From an uncultured Phycisphaerales bacterium (lineage in GTDB: Bacteria > Planctomycetota > Phycisphaerae > Tepidisphaerales > Tepidisphaeraceae): a DNA stretch of 64,000 nt. Both the position numbers and the translations under genes were made by a program. The notes under the pieces were generated by a model. It searched no databases and was not told the origin of the DNA. It worked only from the letters and a program-made list of their open reading frames with translations. Location: assembly GCA_963755915.1 (NCBI GenBank), contig CAVWLP010000002.1:3456001-3520000 (forward strand), read 5' to 3'. Of the stretch, positions 31,344 through 42,402 are shown one piece after another (positions within the stretch are counted from its first letter, which is position 1; each line of letters starts with the position of its first letter).

Positions 31344-31510
31344 TTTGGGGTGGCGAGCACCGGAATCGGTGGGCGAGTACACCCACCTTACGTGTTGCAT
31401 TCGAATATTGAGTTTCGAGTTTCCTTACGGCAAACGCGCTCCCCTGCGGGTCGCGGCTAAACGGTTAATGGGTCAGTACGTGGCGGTCCGATAATCCCCG
31501 GAGGCGCTTT

Positions 31511-33368
31511 ATGCGGCGATGGTGTCGTTTGTTGCTGATATTGGCGGTCGCGGGTTGTGCGTCGACGCAGAAGCCGCCGGCGCCGAAGGCGCCGTTGTAT
31601 CCTACGCTGCCGCTTCAGCAGGTTCCGGATTTCATGCGGGGGACGCTGTTTGAGCAGGTGCGGTTTACGGGGCTGGAGCCGCTGCCGGTGTATGGGTATA
31701 GCTTGGTCGTGAACCTGCATAATACGGGTGACACGCGGTCGCCGTCGTTTGTGCGGGATTACATCGTCAAGCAGATGCTTTTGCGGGGTTTCGACAGCTA
31801 TGTAATGGGGGCGTTCAAGAACCTCGCGCCGGACGAGGTGCTGCGCGACAAGCGGGTGGCGATCGTGCTGGTGGAGGGTCGGATTCCCGTCGGGGCGCGG
31901 GTGGGGCAGAGCTTTGACGTGATGGTGCGGGCGCTGGAGCACAACAATACGACGAGCCTGGCACATGGAGATTTGTATGAAGCGGACATGAGCACACTGG
32001 GGTATTTGGAGCCGCAGCAGGCGTCGGTACACGAGCAGGCGTATACGCCCGGCGGGCCGGTGTTTGTGAATCCGGCGTATGCGCTGAACGAGATCGCCGG
32101 CCGGGAGCAAGCCGGGGATTGAGGCGTCGCTGCGGGTGGGGACGGTTCTCAACGGCGGAGTGACGCGGTTTGACCGTCCGATCGGAATGCAGCTTCGCCA
32201 TCCGCAGGCAAGCACGGCGCGAATACATCGAGCAGATGATCGGCGAGCGCTGGCAGGCGCCTACGCCGCTGGGAATGGTGCACGGGGATGGGACGGACCT
32301 GGTCGCCAAGGCGGAGAATCCGGGGCTGGTGCGATCTGTACGTTCCGCCGACAGTATAAGGGGGATTGGAAGCATTTCCTGGGGGTGGTTTCGCATCTTT
32401 ATCTGAATCAAGTCGCTGGAATTCCAGGCGGTGAAGATGCGGCAATTGCTGCGAGATCGTGCATCAGCCCAATGCGCCGCTGGCGGATATTTCGCTGTGC
32501 TGGGAGGCGATGGGTGATCCGGTGATTCCGCAGATTGAGCCGCTGATAGCGGATGACAATCCGGACATGGCGTTCGCGGCGGCGCGGGCGGCGGCGTTTT
32601 TGGGGGATTCAGCGGCGCGGCAGGCGCTGGTTTCGATGGCGCTGGATCCGCAGCCAGCCGAACCAGCTCGAGGCGGTTCACGTGCTGGGGGAGCTGCCGG
32701 ATTCGCCGGAGGTGGATCATATGATCGCCCAGCTCCTGGATTCGGATCGGGCGGACGTTCGCATCGAGGCGTACAAAATGCTGGTCGCGAATCCGGACAG
32801 CGAGGAGGCGAGCGACGATGGTGTTTCGCATCATTACGGGGTGATTACCTACAACATCAACCACCGGTTTCTGCTGGACATCGTGCCGAGCGGGGGCCCG
32901 CCGATGATTTACTCGACAGCCACCGGCGTTCCGCGGATAGCGGTGATTGGGCATCACCTTTCCTTGCGTACGCCGCTGACGTTTACGGCGATGGATATGC
33001 GATTGAGCATCAGTTCGAGCGACGACACGAAACTGCTGACGATGTTTTATCGCGATCCGCTGTCGCCCGATCCGGCGCAGGCGAATTCGGATAATGACTT
33101 GCCGGAGATTCTGGCCCGGCTGGGTGGGGAGGGTCCGGAGGATGGGCAGCCGCGGTTTGATCTGAGCTTTGGGGACGTGGTGGCGGTGGCGCAGCAGATG
33201 GTTGCGCAGCACGATGTGTATGGGGCGAGCCTGGACCAGATGGCAAACCTGGAGTGCACGTTTGAGATGGAGCATCCGAATATCGATGCGGATCAGTGGT
33301 CGAGTATTCCGAATGAAAATCGGGAGGGGAGGCCGCAGGGAGGGGCGGCCGCCGCCGTGGCGAGGTAG
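31511..33368 (+). CDS. FlgI (P-ring)-like lipoprotein with HEAT-like region (frameshifted)
   Basis: Lipobox-like VAGC; VYGYSLVVNLHNTG, GARVGQSFDV, TSLAHGDL resemble FlgI-domain proteins. Confidence 0.65.
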
Positions 33369-33395
33369 GGGAATTTGGGCGTTTTTGGGCGGCGG

Positions 33396-33518
33396 AAACT
33401 CGAAACCCGAAACTCGAATGACGAAACCAGAAAACCGAATGAAATCCGAAACCCGAATGACGAATTGGATTCGAGCATTCGTCATTTGGGCTTGATTCTG
33501 GTTTCGGGTTTCTGGTTT
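33396..33518. repeat. Heptamer-based inverted repeat element (GAAACCC/GAATGAC ... TGGTTTC)
   Basis: Same motifs (AAATCCGAAACCCGAATGAC, TTCGTCATT.GGGCTTGATTC) occur in prepilin leaders at 25611-25668 and 26793-26892. Confidence 0.8.
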
Positions 33519-33539
33519 AGTGCCTCGATAGGAAAAAGC

Positions 33540-33578
33540 CCCCTCCCCAACCCTCCCCCGGAGTACCGGGGGCGGGGG
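33540..33578. repeat. REP-like CCCTCCCCCGGAGTACCGGGGGCGGGG family
   Basis: Related copies at ~45303-45343, ~49976-50016, ~63341-63410. Confidence 0.75.
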
Positions 33579-33697
33579 AAAAAGGGGAGAAGGAGCGGGC
33601 GTTGGAAAAATTCGATGAAGTCGGTTAAAGTAGTAGGTATCGCGGGACCACAGGCCACGGATTGGCCGCCGCGTTCGGTCAAGGAGGATCGCAAGCC

Positions 33698-36600
33698 ATG
33701 CGTCTGAAAAAGCTCATCCTTCACGGTTTTAAGAGCTTCGCGGATCGGACGGAGTTCGTCTTCGATCAGCCGATCACGGGCATCGTCGGGCCCAACGGGT
33801 GCGGCAAATCCAACGTCGTCGATGGGTTCAAGTGGGTGCTTGGCGAGCAATCCGCCAAGAGCCTGCGCGGCGACGCGATGATGGACGTGATCTTCAACGG
33901 CTCATCCAATCGCAAGCCGGCGGGGATGGCGGAAGTGGTGCTGGTGTTTGAGAACCCGCAGCGCGCCGATGGCACACGCATGCTGAATCTGCGACGCCGA
34001 TGAAGTGGCGGTCGGCCGGCGGCTGTTTCGCGACGGGACCAGCGAATATCAGGTCAACAACGCAGCGACTCGCCTGAAAGACGTCCGCGAACTGTTCCTC
34101 GACACCGGCATCGGCGTCGATGCGTACAGCGTGATCGAGCAGGGGCGCGTCGCGGCGATGCTGGAGGCCAATCCCGAGGAACGCCGGCTGATTTTCGAAG
34201 AGGCGGCGGGGATTTCGAAATTCAAGGCCCGCAAAAAAGAGTCGCAGCGGAAGCTGGAAAGGTGGATCAGAATCTGCTGCGCGTCAACGACATCGTCGAG
34301 GAAGTCGAAAAGCGTCTGCGCAGCGTGAAAATCCAGGCGGGCGAAGGCGCGGACATATCAGGAACATTCGACGAGGCTGGCCGAGATTGCGGCTGAGCTA
34401 CAGCCTGCAGGAATATCACACGCATGAGCGAATCGCGGCAAGAGCTGGAATCTCAGCGCGAGGAAGCTCAGTTTCGCTGGACGACGTCAGCGGCGATCTG
34501 GCGACGGCGCAGAACGGGCTGGCGGCGAAGAAGGAAGAGCTCGACAGTCTGTCGCAGAGCGCGGCAGCGCTTGGAATATCAACTCGTCCAGGCCCGGTCG
34601 CAGATTCAATCGGCCCGGCAGCGGCAGCAGTATGCCGTGCAGCAGCTTGAGCAGATCGCCGAGCAACTGGCGGGGTTTGAGCGGGATAAATCGGAGATCG
34701 AGGCGAAGCTGGCGGAGATGGCGGCGATCGCTGGCGGCGGAAACGGAGGCGCTGGCAGACGCTGACGGCCGAACTGGAAGAGCAGCGGAGACTGATCGAA
34801 TCGCGGCAGAAGCAGTTCAGCGACGGGCAGACTGCAGCTGAACTCGGCGCGGGCAGCAGATCGAAAAGCAGAAGTCGGCGATTTTGGATCTGATGCGGCA
34901 AGCTGGCGGCGATCGGCAGCCGGCTGGGGGCGATCGAGATCGAGCGGAAAAACGTGGCTTCCGCAGGAGTCTCGCCTGGGGACGCGGCGGGAGCAGGTGC
35001 GCAGGGAATTGGACAAGCTGGAAGCGGCCGCGCGAGGAACTGGCGGGGAAGCTGCGCGAAATTGTTCAGCGACGATCGAGCGGCAGCAGGCGGAACTGGA
35101 AGAGAAGCGCGGCAGGGCGGCGGCGCTGGGCAAACAGATTCGAGCAGGTCGGCGAGCGGCTGGGCGCGGCAAAGGAGCATCGTTCGGGGCTGATTTCGCG
35201 GCAGAAATTGCTGGCGCGATCTGGAAGCCAAGCGCGAAGGAGTCAGCGAAGGCGTGAAATCGGTGCTTCGGCAGCGCGAGACGGAATTTCCGTTTATCCG
35301 CGGCCTGGTGGCGGATGTGCTGCGCGTGGATGTCGAGCATGCGCACGATCATCGAAGCGGCGCTGGATGGACGCGATCAATTCTGGTGACGGATGATTCC
35401 GCCGGAGCGCTGGCGTCGCGTGAGCTGGAAGAACTGGAAGGGCGCGTGAATATGCTTTGCGCGGATCGGCTGAGCGATGCGGAGGATTCTTACGACTGGA
35501 ACCATCATCCGCAGGGGATTCGACTGGCGATCGATCTGGTGAGATTTGAGCCGGCGGATGCGGCGATCGCGCGGCATCTGCTGGGGCGGACGATTGTGGT
35601 GGATGATCTGACGGCCGCGCGCGAGCTGCTGGAGGCGGGGCCGGCGGGGTATCGGTATGTGACGCAGGAGCGGGGAAGTTTTGGAGGCGGATGGCGTGCT
35701 TCGCGCGGGGCCGCTGACGGCGGCGATGGGATTGCTCTCGCGCAGGTCGGAACTGGAAGTGCTGGGGCAGCAGATCGCGGAAGTCGATGAGCGAATCGAG
35801 CAGCTGGGACGCGAGCTGGCTGAGGGAAGTTCGCAGGTGCGGACGCTGGAAGAAGATATTTCGTCGCTGCGGAACGAGGTGTATCAGTCGAACACGGTGA
35901 AGGTGGAGCTGAGCAGCTCGGCAGCGCAGAATGCGGATCGGCGAGATGCGCTGAGGCGAGAGCTGCCGATCCTCGATGGGGAATTGAGATGCTGGCTACG
36001 CAGGGGCAGAAGCTGGCGGAGGATCAGGAAGTCGCTGGTCGAAGCAGCGCGGGGAGCTGGAAGCGGAGCAGGCCGAGGCGGGGAAGATGGTCGATGGAAT
36101 TGACGGCCGAGCAGGCGAGCATCTCGGCGAATCTTCAGCAGCTTGGCGAAGAGTTGACCGCGCTGCGCGTGCAACTGGGTCAGGTGGAGGAGAAGCAGAT
36201 TTCGCTGCGGCAGGCCGTGCAGCGGCAGACGGCGGCGCAGGGGGAACTCAAGCAGCAGATCGAGCGCGTGGAGAAGGCGGCGCAAGGCCGTCGCGGCGCG
36301 AAGGGCGGACGTGCAGGCACAGCAGCAGGCGGCGGCGCATGAGGAGGAGACGCTGAGCCGCAGCGTGGCGGCGGATGAGGAGAAATCGGGCGAATTGGCC
36401 GGGAAGATCGAAGAGGCGTCCGGGCAGGTCGGCGGAGCTTTCGGCGGCCGTCGAAAAAGCCCGCCAGCAGCGCGAAACGATCGAGCAGGAGATGCACGAT
36501 GCTGGAATTGAAGGCCGGCGAAGTGCGGGTGCGCATCGAAACGCTCGTGCAGCGGACGATGGAGGAATCGCAGCTGGATCTGCCGGCGAAATATGCGGAG

Positions 36601-37402
36601 CTCACCGCCGACGGCAAAGCCTACGAGCCGGCGGCGATGGATTGGGATGCTGTCGGCGAAGAGATCAAGGAGCTTCGCGAGAAGATTCAGCGGCTGGGGA
36701 ACGTGAATGTCGAATCGATCGGCGAGCAGGATGAGCTGGAGCAGCGCCGGCAGTTCCTCCAGACGCAGATGGACGATTTGATCGCGTCAAAGGCGCAGCT
36801 TGAGCAGCTCATACAGCGAGATCAACGTCGAGAGCGGCGTTCGCTTCGAGCAGACGTTCAACGCCGTGCGCGAGCATTTCCAGGGGATGTTCCGCAAGCT
36901 GTTCGGCGGCGGCAAGGCGGACATTTATCTGGAGACCGAGCTCGATCCGCCGAAAAACGCCCCGGTGCAGCTTGATGAGGCGGGGCAGCCGATCCCGCCG
37001 CAGAAGATCAAGGTGGATATCCTGGATGCGGGGATTGAGATCATCGCCCGTCCGCCCGGCAAGCAGCCGGTGTCGATCAGCCAGCTTTCCGGCGGCGAGA
37101 AGACGATGACGTGCGTCGCGCTGCTGATGAGCATTTTCAAATCCAAGCCGAGCCCGTTCTGCATCCTGGACGAAGTGGACGCCGCGCTGGACGAGGCCAA
37201 CAACCAGCGGTTCAACATGATCGTGCAGGAATTCCTGGAGCAGAGCCAGTTCATCATCATCACCCACAGCAAGCGGACGATGCAGATCGCCGACATGCTC
37301 TACGGCGTGACGATGCAGGAACAGGGCGTAAGCAAGCGCGTGAGCGTGAAGTTCGACCAGGTCGATTCGCAGGGCCGGATCAGCGAGCACGCAGCGGCGT
37401 AA
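33698..37402 (+). CDS. smc: Chromosome partition protein Smc (many frameshifts)
   Basis: [16 protein letters not shown], coiled coils, hinge, [23 protein letters not shown]. Confidence 0.95.
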
Positions 37403-37497
37403 GCGCCAATTCAATTGTAAAATCTAAGAGAGGCTCACGCAGAGGCGCAGAGGCGCGGAGAAAAAGGCATTATTCTCTCTGCGCCTTTGCGCCTCTG

Positions 37498-39470
37498 GTG
37501 CGTCAGTGAAACCGGTTTTGTCTTGTGAACTGAAAGGAGTTCACCATGGAATGACCCGTTAGCCGTGTAGCCGCCCGGGCGTGACGACGGAGCAATCGGT
37601 CGCGCGAAGCCCCGGAAGGCGAAGGCGCGAGCCGTAGCGTTAAGCGAACCCAAACCAGCCTCGTTACGCCAATGGGAGTGGCCAACCCGTCAGAGAGGGC
37701 CAAGCCGGCGCGGACGATGAAGCAGCGGGTGCGAGCAATCGTCCGGCTCCTCGGGGTCGATGGGGACGGCGCGTGCCGACAGACAAGATCGGGAACTGAG
37801 AGACCCCACGCATCGTTGTGCGGCTCGTTGGAAAGACATAACCAAGGGACGGGAAGCGTGGGGAGTCGGATGGGCTCATAGTAGCTGAGAAGCGGGGTAA
37901 TGCCCGTGAGCGGAGGCGAAGCCTGCCGCGAGCCAAGGAGCCCTGACGGTATCGAGCGGAAGTAAGAAGAAGAGAGGCCCGCTTGCAGGGACAACCTGAC
38001 AGTACGGATGATCCGACAGACTTGCCGGAGCACCTGAGGGTGAACTCCAGGGGTCTGCCGGGGAAAGTCTTTCTTCTGAGACAGAAGCTATACCTCAAAG
38101 CCAAGCGGGAACCGGGGTTTCGGTTTTACACCTTGTACGACCGGATCTGCCGGCGCGATGTTCTGGAAGCGGCGTGGGACCGGGTGTCCGCCAACGGCGG
38201 GGCGCCCGGCTTGGACGGGGTGAGCATCGAGAAGGTGCAAAACTCCGAGCACGGCGTCAGTGGATTCCTGAGCGAGATCGAAGAATCGCTCAAGACCCGC
38301 ACCTACCGCCCGCAGCCGGTGAAGCGCGTGTACATTCCCAAAGCCAACGGCAAGCGGCGTCCATTGGGCATCCCCACGATCCGAGATCGCGTGGTGCAGA
38401 TGGCGGTGCTGCTGCTCATCGAGCCGATCTTCGAGGCGGATTTCCTGGACTGTTCGTATGGATTCCGTCCCGGTCGCTCGGCTCACGATGCGCTGGAGGC
38501 GATCAAGCAAAACCTCCAGCAGGGCCGAAGGGAAGTGTATGACGCGGATTTGCAGTCGTACTTCGACACGATTCCCCATGAGAAACTGATGGCGTGTGTC
38601 CAGAAGCGGATCACGGACGGAAGCGTGCTGAAGCTGATCCGGATGTGGCTGAAGGCGGTGATCGTCGAAGAAGGCGAGAAGCCCGGCGATCCACCGAAAG
38701 TCACCCGGAGCAAACAGGGAACGCCGCAGGGCGGAGTGATCTCGCCGCTGCTGGCCAACCTATATCTGCACTGGTTTGATAAATTGTTCCACCGATCCGA
38801 TGGCCCGCATCGCTGGGCGAACGCCCGGCTGATCCGGTACGCCGACGACTTTGTCATCATGGCAAGGTATATAGGCCCTCAGATCAAGCAGTTCGTGGAA
38901 CGCACGCTGCAAGGCCGGTTTGATCTGACGATCAACACCGACAAGACCCGCACGGTGAAGTTGAAAGAGCCGGGCGAAAGTCTGAACTTTCTCGGGTACA
39001 GGTTCCGGTACGACCGGAGCCTGCAAGGCGGGCCGGGGCGTTATCTGAACCTCTGTCCTTCGAGCAAGTCGATGCAGCGTGAGCGGGACAAATTGCGGGA
39101 GATGACCGGACCCGAAGCAGGCTTTGTGCCCATCCCGGCGTTGATCGTACAGATCAACGAGCACCTGAGAGGATGGGCCAACTACTTCGGCAAAGGCTAT
39201 CCGCGCAAGGCGTTCCGTCAGATCAACCGATTTGTGCAGGAGCGACTGGAACGACACCTTAAACGTCGCAGCCAGCGTCCGTTCCGTGTGCGCGGAGCGA
39301 GGAGCTGGTACGAACAGTTGCAGCGTCTGGGCCTCATCAGCCTGCGACCTGTTCCGACCGTGAATGCTTGAGAAGAACAATACCGTGAGAGCCGGATGCG
39401 GGAAACCCGCTCGTCCGGTTCGAAGAGGGAGAGCTGAGCGGCAATCGGGTCGTTCAGTTCTCTACTCTAC
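37498..39470 (+). mobile_element. Group II intron (1973 nt)
   Basis: 5' GTGCG; domain V GAGCCGGATGCGGGAAACCCGCTCGTCCGGTTC; domain VI ending CTACTCTAC; flanks rejoin to the repeat GCGCCTCTG|CGTGAGA. Confidence 0.93.
37983..39371 (+). CDS. ltrA: Group II intron reverse transcriptase/maturase, no HNH endonuclease domain
   Basis: [54 protein letters not shown]. Confidence 0.95.
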   Translation: MQGQPDSTDDPTDLPEHLRVNSRGLPGKVFLLRQKLYLKAKREPGFRFYTLYDRICRRDVLEAAWDRVSANGGAPGLDGVSIEKVQNSEHGVSGFLSEIEESLKTRTYRPQPVKRVYIPKANGKRRPLGIPTIRDRVVQMAVLLLIEPIFEADFLDCSYGFRPGRSAHDALEAIKQNLQQGRREVYDADLQSYFDTIPHEKLMACVQKRITDGSVLKLIRMWLKAVIVEEGEKPGDPPKVTRSKQGTPQGGVISPLLANLYLHWFDKLFHRSDGPHRWANARLIRYADDFVIMARYIGPQIKQFVERTLQGRFDLTINTDKTRTVKLKEPGESLNFLGYRFRYDRSLQGGPGRYLNLCPSSKSMQRERDKLREMTGPEAGFVPIPALIVQINEHLRGWANYFGKGYPRKAFRQINRFVQERLERHLKRRSQRPFRVRGARSWYEQLQRLGLISLRPVPTVNA

Positions 39471-40809
39471 CGTGAGATTCTTCTTCAATCGGCCTCGCAT
39501 CAGCCAGCGACCCAAACCGCCGTACCTGCGGCCAGATGAAAGCAGTCAGCCCCACAACCAGAAGTGTCCCAATTCCCCCGCCGACAACCGAGATGATCGG
39601 GCCGAAGATTTGGGCGGTCAGGCCGGATTCAAACCCGCCCAGTTCATTGCTCGCTCCGACGAAAATGTTGTTGACCGCGGAGACGCGGCCGCGCATGGAG
39701 TCGGGCGTAAGAGACTGCACAAGCGTATGGCGAACAAAAACGGAGATATTGTCGAACACGCCGGTGAGGAAGAGCATGGCCATCGAGAGCCAGAAATTCC
39801 GACTCAGGCCGAAGATGATCGTGGCGACGCCGAAGCCGGCGACGGCCAGGAGGAGCGACCGCCCGGCCCGCTTCAACGGCGGAAGGTGGGCGAGCACGAG
39901 CGCGCACAGGATCGCGCCCAAAGCCGGCGAGGCGCGGAGCCACCCGAACCCGCGGGCCCCGACGGCGAGGATTTTGGTGGCGAAGATGGGGAGGATATAG
40001 GTTGCCCCGCCGAGGAGGACCGCGAAAAGGTCCAGCGTGATGATGGCCAGGATGATCTGGTTGTCGACCACGAATTTGATTCCCGCCCCGAGGCTTTTGA
40101 GGGTCGCCGGTTCGCGGCGCGACGGGGCGGGGCGTTTGCGGATCAGGAGCGTTGTGATGACGAAGACGACGCCGCACATCGCGGTGATGAAGAAGGGGAC
40201 GGTTGGGTTCCATGCCACGAGGATTCCGCCCAGTGCCGGGCCCGCCATCGCGGCGGTTTCAAACGCGGTCGTGTTCCAGGCGATGGCGTTGGGAAAGATC
40301 GGCAGGGGAACCAGCGAGGGGACCAGCGCCGTCCGCGCCGGCCAGCCGATCGCTTTCGCCACGCCGGCCATGAACAGGACCGCGTAGACCAGAATCAGCG
40401 GGCTGGCGAACATCGAAAGAATTCCCAGCCCCACCGCACAGGCGATGGAGAGACTCTGCGTCGAAACCATGATCCACCGGCGATCAAACCGGTCGGCAAT
40501 TTGTCCGGCAGGCAGCGCCAGCAGAATGATCGGGGCAGCGGCGACCAAGCCCACCCACGCCAGCGTGATGGCGAGATGAGTTCGCTGGTAGAGGTTCCAC
40601 GCCACCGCCACTTCCAAAACCTGGCTGCCGATGACCGAGACGACCCACCCGGCAAGATAGAGGCAGAAATCGGGATACCGCAGTGCCGAATAGGGATCGT
40701 GGGCCGGTTTCGCCTCCAGAACCTCCGGCGGCGGCGCCGCGGCTGAGGCTGGTCGCTCGTCGTCGGGAGGTTCGTAGGCCAGCTTCGGCGGATTGGGCGA
40801 ATCGGACAT
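39454..40809 (-). CDS. MFS transporter (DUF894/EntS-like)
   Basis: About 12 TM segments; GQIADRFDRR; MRGRVSAVN..F.GASNELG. Confidence 0.9.
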   Translation of the reverse strand: MSDSPNPPKLAYEPPDDERPASAAAPPPEVLEAKPAHDPYSALRYPDFCLYLAGWVVSVIGSQVLEVAVAWNLYQRTHLAITLAWVGLVAAAPIILLALPAGQIADRFDRRWIMVSTQSLSIACAVGLGILSMFASPLILVYAVLFMAGVAKAIGWPARTALVPSLVPLPIFPNAIAWNTTAFETAAMAGPALGGILVAWNPTVPFFITAMCGVVFVITTLLIRKRPAPSRREPATLKSLGAGIKFVVDNQIILAIITLDLFAVLLGGATYILPIFATKILAVGARGFGWLRASPALGAILCALVLAHLPPLKRAGRSLLLAVAGFGVATIIFGLSRNFWLSMAMLFLTGVFDNISVFVRHTLVQSLTPDSMRGRVSAVNNIFVGASNELGGFESGLTAQIFGPIISVVGGGIGTLLVVGLTAFIWPQVRRFGSLADARPIEEESHGRVEN

Positions 40810-40998
40810 ATAGCGTTTGCGGAATCGTTACCATTGCCGCAACTTTGGCAAGCTTTTCCGAAAATACTGATGCATATTTGCCGTTGCAGGTCTATAACAC
40901 ACAAAGGAATATCGGCGTTGAACCGGCGCGAGTCATCGGGAAAAAATGTGGTGCTGCGCTTGCGTCGGAACGCCACGGGAACGTAACTTAACGGACGA

Positions 40999-42180
40999 AT
41001 GGGATCTCCACTAGCTGGCAAGAATTCGGGCACCCAGGCGATTGAGAATCCATCAATGGATTTGATGATGCGCCAATCGTTTCCAGAGCTGGCGGCCGCG
41101 CTGCGGGGGCGGCAGGAGCGCATTCTGGAACGGCTTCGCACGACGGTGAAGGAGATTCTCCCCTCGGCGGATGAGCTGACGTTTAACGAGCTCCGGGATG
41201 GCTTGCCGGATGCGCTGGAGGATCTGGCGACTGCCTTTGAGACCACGGGAATGGGGATGCGGCAGGGGCTTCTGGCAGACTCCCGCCATCACGGCGTCTG
41301 CCGCTACCACCAAAGCTTCAATTTGAGCGAATTGCTGGTCGAATACAGCATTTTACGTTCGATCATGATCGAGGAGATCAGCAAGGAGATGGATCGCCCC
41401 CTGACCCTGGAGGAAATTTCCGCCATCAATGTGGGGCTCGATGCCTCTGGCCGCAGGGCCGTGGAGAGCTTCGTCAAACATCAGCAGGAGGAGTCCCTCG
41501 CCGGCACCGAGGCGATGAGCAAATATCTCTCCTTCATCAGTCACGACCTGCGCGGAAGCTTGAACGGCATCCTCCTCACCATCGAAGTGCTGCGGCGTGA
41601 ATTCGGCGCCAGCGCCGGCCGCAACTCCTGGGTCGATGATCTGGAGACCATGCGCAAATCCATCCTCGATACTGTCGGCGCGATGGAGCGTTTTCTCCAT
41701 GCCGAGCGCTTCCGGCGTAAAAAGGTGGAGGTAAAGCCCAGCCCGATCAGCCTGGAATTTGTCATTCCCGATATGGTCCTCCAGTTTTCGGAGCCGGCCA
41801 AGAAAAAGGGGATTGAAATTGTCGCGGACACGACGGATTGCCCGTCGGTGACCAGCGACCGCGAGCTGGTCCAACTCATACTGCAAAACCTCGTCGGCAA
41901 CGCGGTGAAATATTCCAAACAGGGCCAGGTGAGGATCATCGCCAGGCAGATGGACAACGGCGGAATCCGAATCAGCGTTTCCGATGACGGGCCGGGCATA
42001 GCGCCCGAGCAATTGGGGAAGATCTTTCAACCCTACATTCGCGGAGCCGATCACGGCGAAGGCGGCATCGGCCTGGGCCTCTCAATCGCCCGCGAGGCGA
42101 CCGACCTCCTCAAGGGCCGCCTCTGGGCGGAAAACAGGCCCGTCGGCGGGGCAGTCTTTCATCTCGAATTACCGGCGTAA
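40999..42180 (+). CDS. Cytoplasmic sensor histidine kinase
   Basis: SHDLR H-box, NLVGNAVKY, DDGPGI, GIGLGL; no TM segment; start may be 41056. Confidence 0.9.
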   Translation: MGSPLAGKNSGTQAIENPSMDLMMRQSFPELAAALRGRQERILERLRTTVKEILPSADELTFNELRDGLPDALEDLATAFETTGMGMRQGLLADSRHHGVCRYHQSFNLSELLVEYSILRSIMIEEISKEMDRPLTLEEISAINVGLDASGRRAVESFVKHQQEESLAGTEAMSKYLSFISHDLRGSLNGILLTIEVLRREFGASAGRNSWVDDLETMRKSILDTVGAMERFLHAERFRRKKVEVKPSPISLEFVIPDMVLQFSEPAKKKGIEIVADTTDCPSVTSDRELVQLILQNLVGNAVKYSKQGQVRIIARQMDNGGIRISVSDDGPGIAPEQLGKIFQPYIRGADHGEGGIGLGLSIAREATDLLKGRLWAENRPVGGAVFHLELPA

Positions 42181-42324
42181 TTACCAGTTCTTCCGGTCAG
42201 GTGAGTCTAGCCAGGCTTTCCGCGGCATAAATCTCCCATTACTAAGACAAAATTTATATGGTTTATAACATAATATAATCAAATAGTTTACAACGCATAC
42301 TTTCTTGATAGTTGTCTATTTGGC

Positions 42325-42353
42325 TTGACAATGCCCCTTTTTTCGCCGATACT
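42325..42353 (+). promoter_or_regulatory. Putative sigma70 promoter
   Basis: TTGACA-17bp-GATACT in an AT-rich region upstream of 42403. Confidence 0.6.
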
Positions 42354-42402
42354 CTATTAAACCTACAGGATTGTAGGGAATTCAAAGAAAGGATGTAGCG
42401 TC

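Noticed and set aside
31815-33485. Long antisense ORFs (e.g. 556 aa here, 39364-40746, 25604-26887, 29209-30438)
   Set aside because: Shadow ORFs opposite well-supported genes in GC-rich DNA, with no recognisable motifs.
33698-37402. Many frameshifts in smc, dapL, GH35, GH78 and others as pseudogenisation or programmed frameshifting
   Set aside because: Single-base indels are scattered through unrelated and normally conserved genes, with no common slippery motif and no obvious accumulation of nonsense codons. Long-read consensus error is the simplest explanation.
37983-39371. RT as part of a DGR, retron or defence system acting on the variable cassette genes
   Set aside because: It has group II intron RT/maturase motifs and lies within clear GTGCG...domain V/VI boundaries. 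No template/variable repeat pair with adenine-specific differences was seen.
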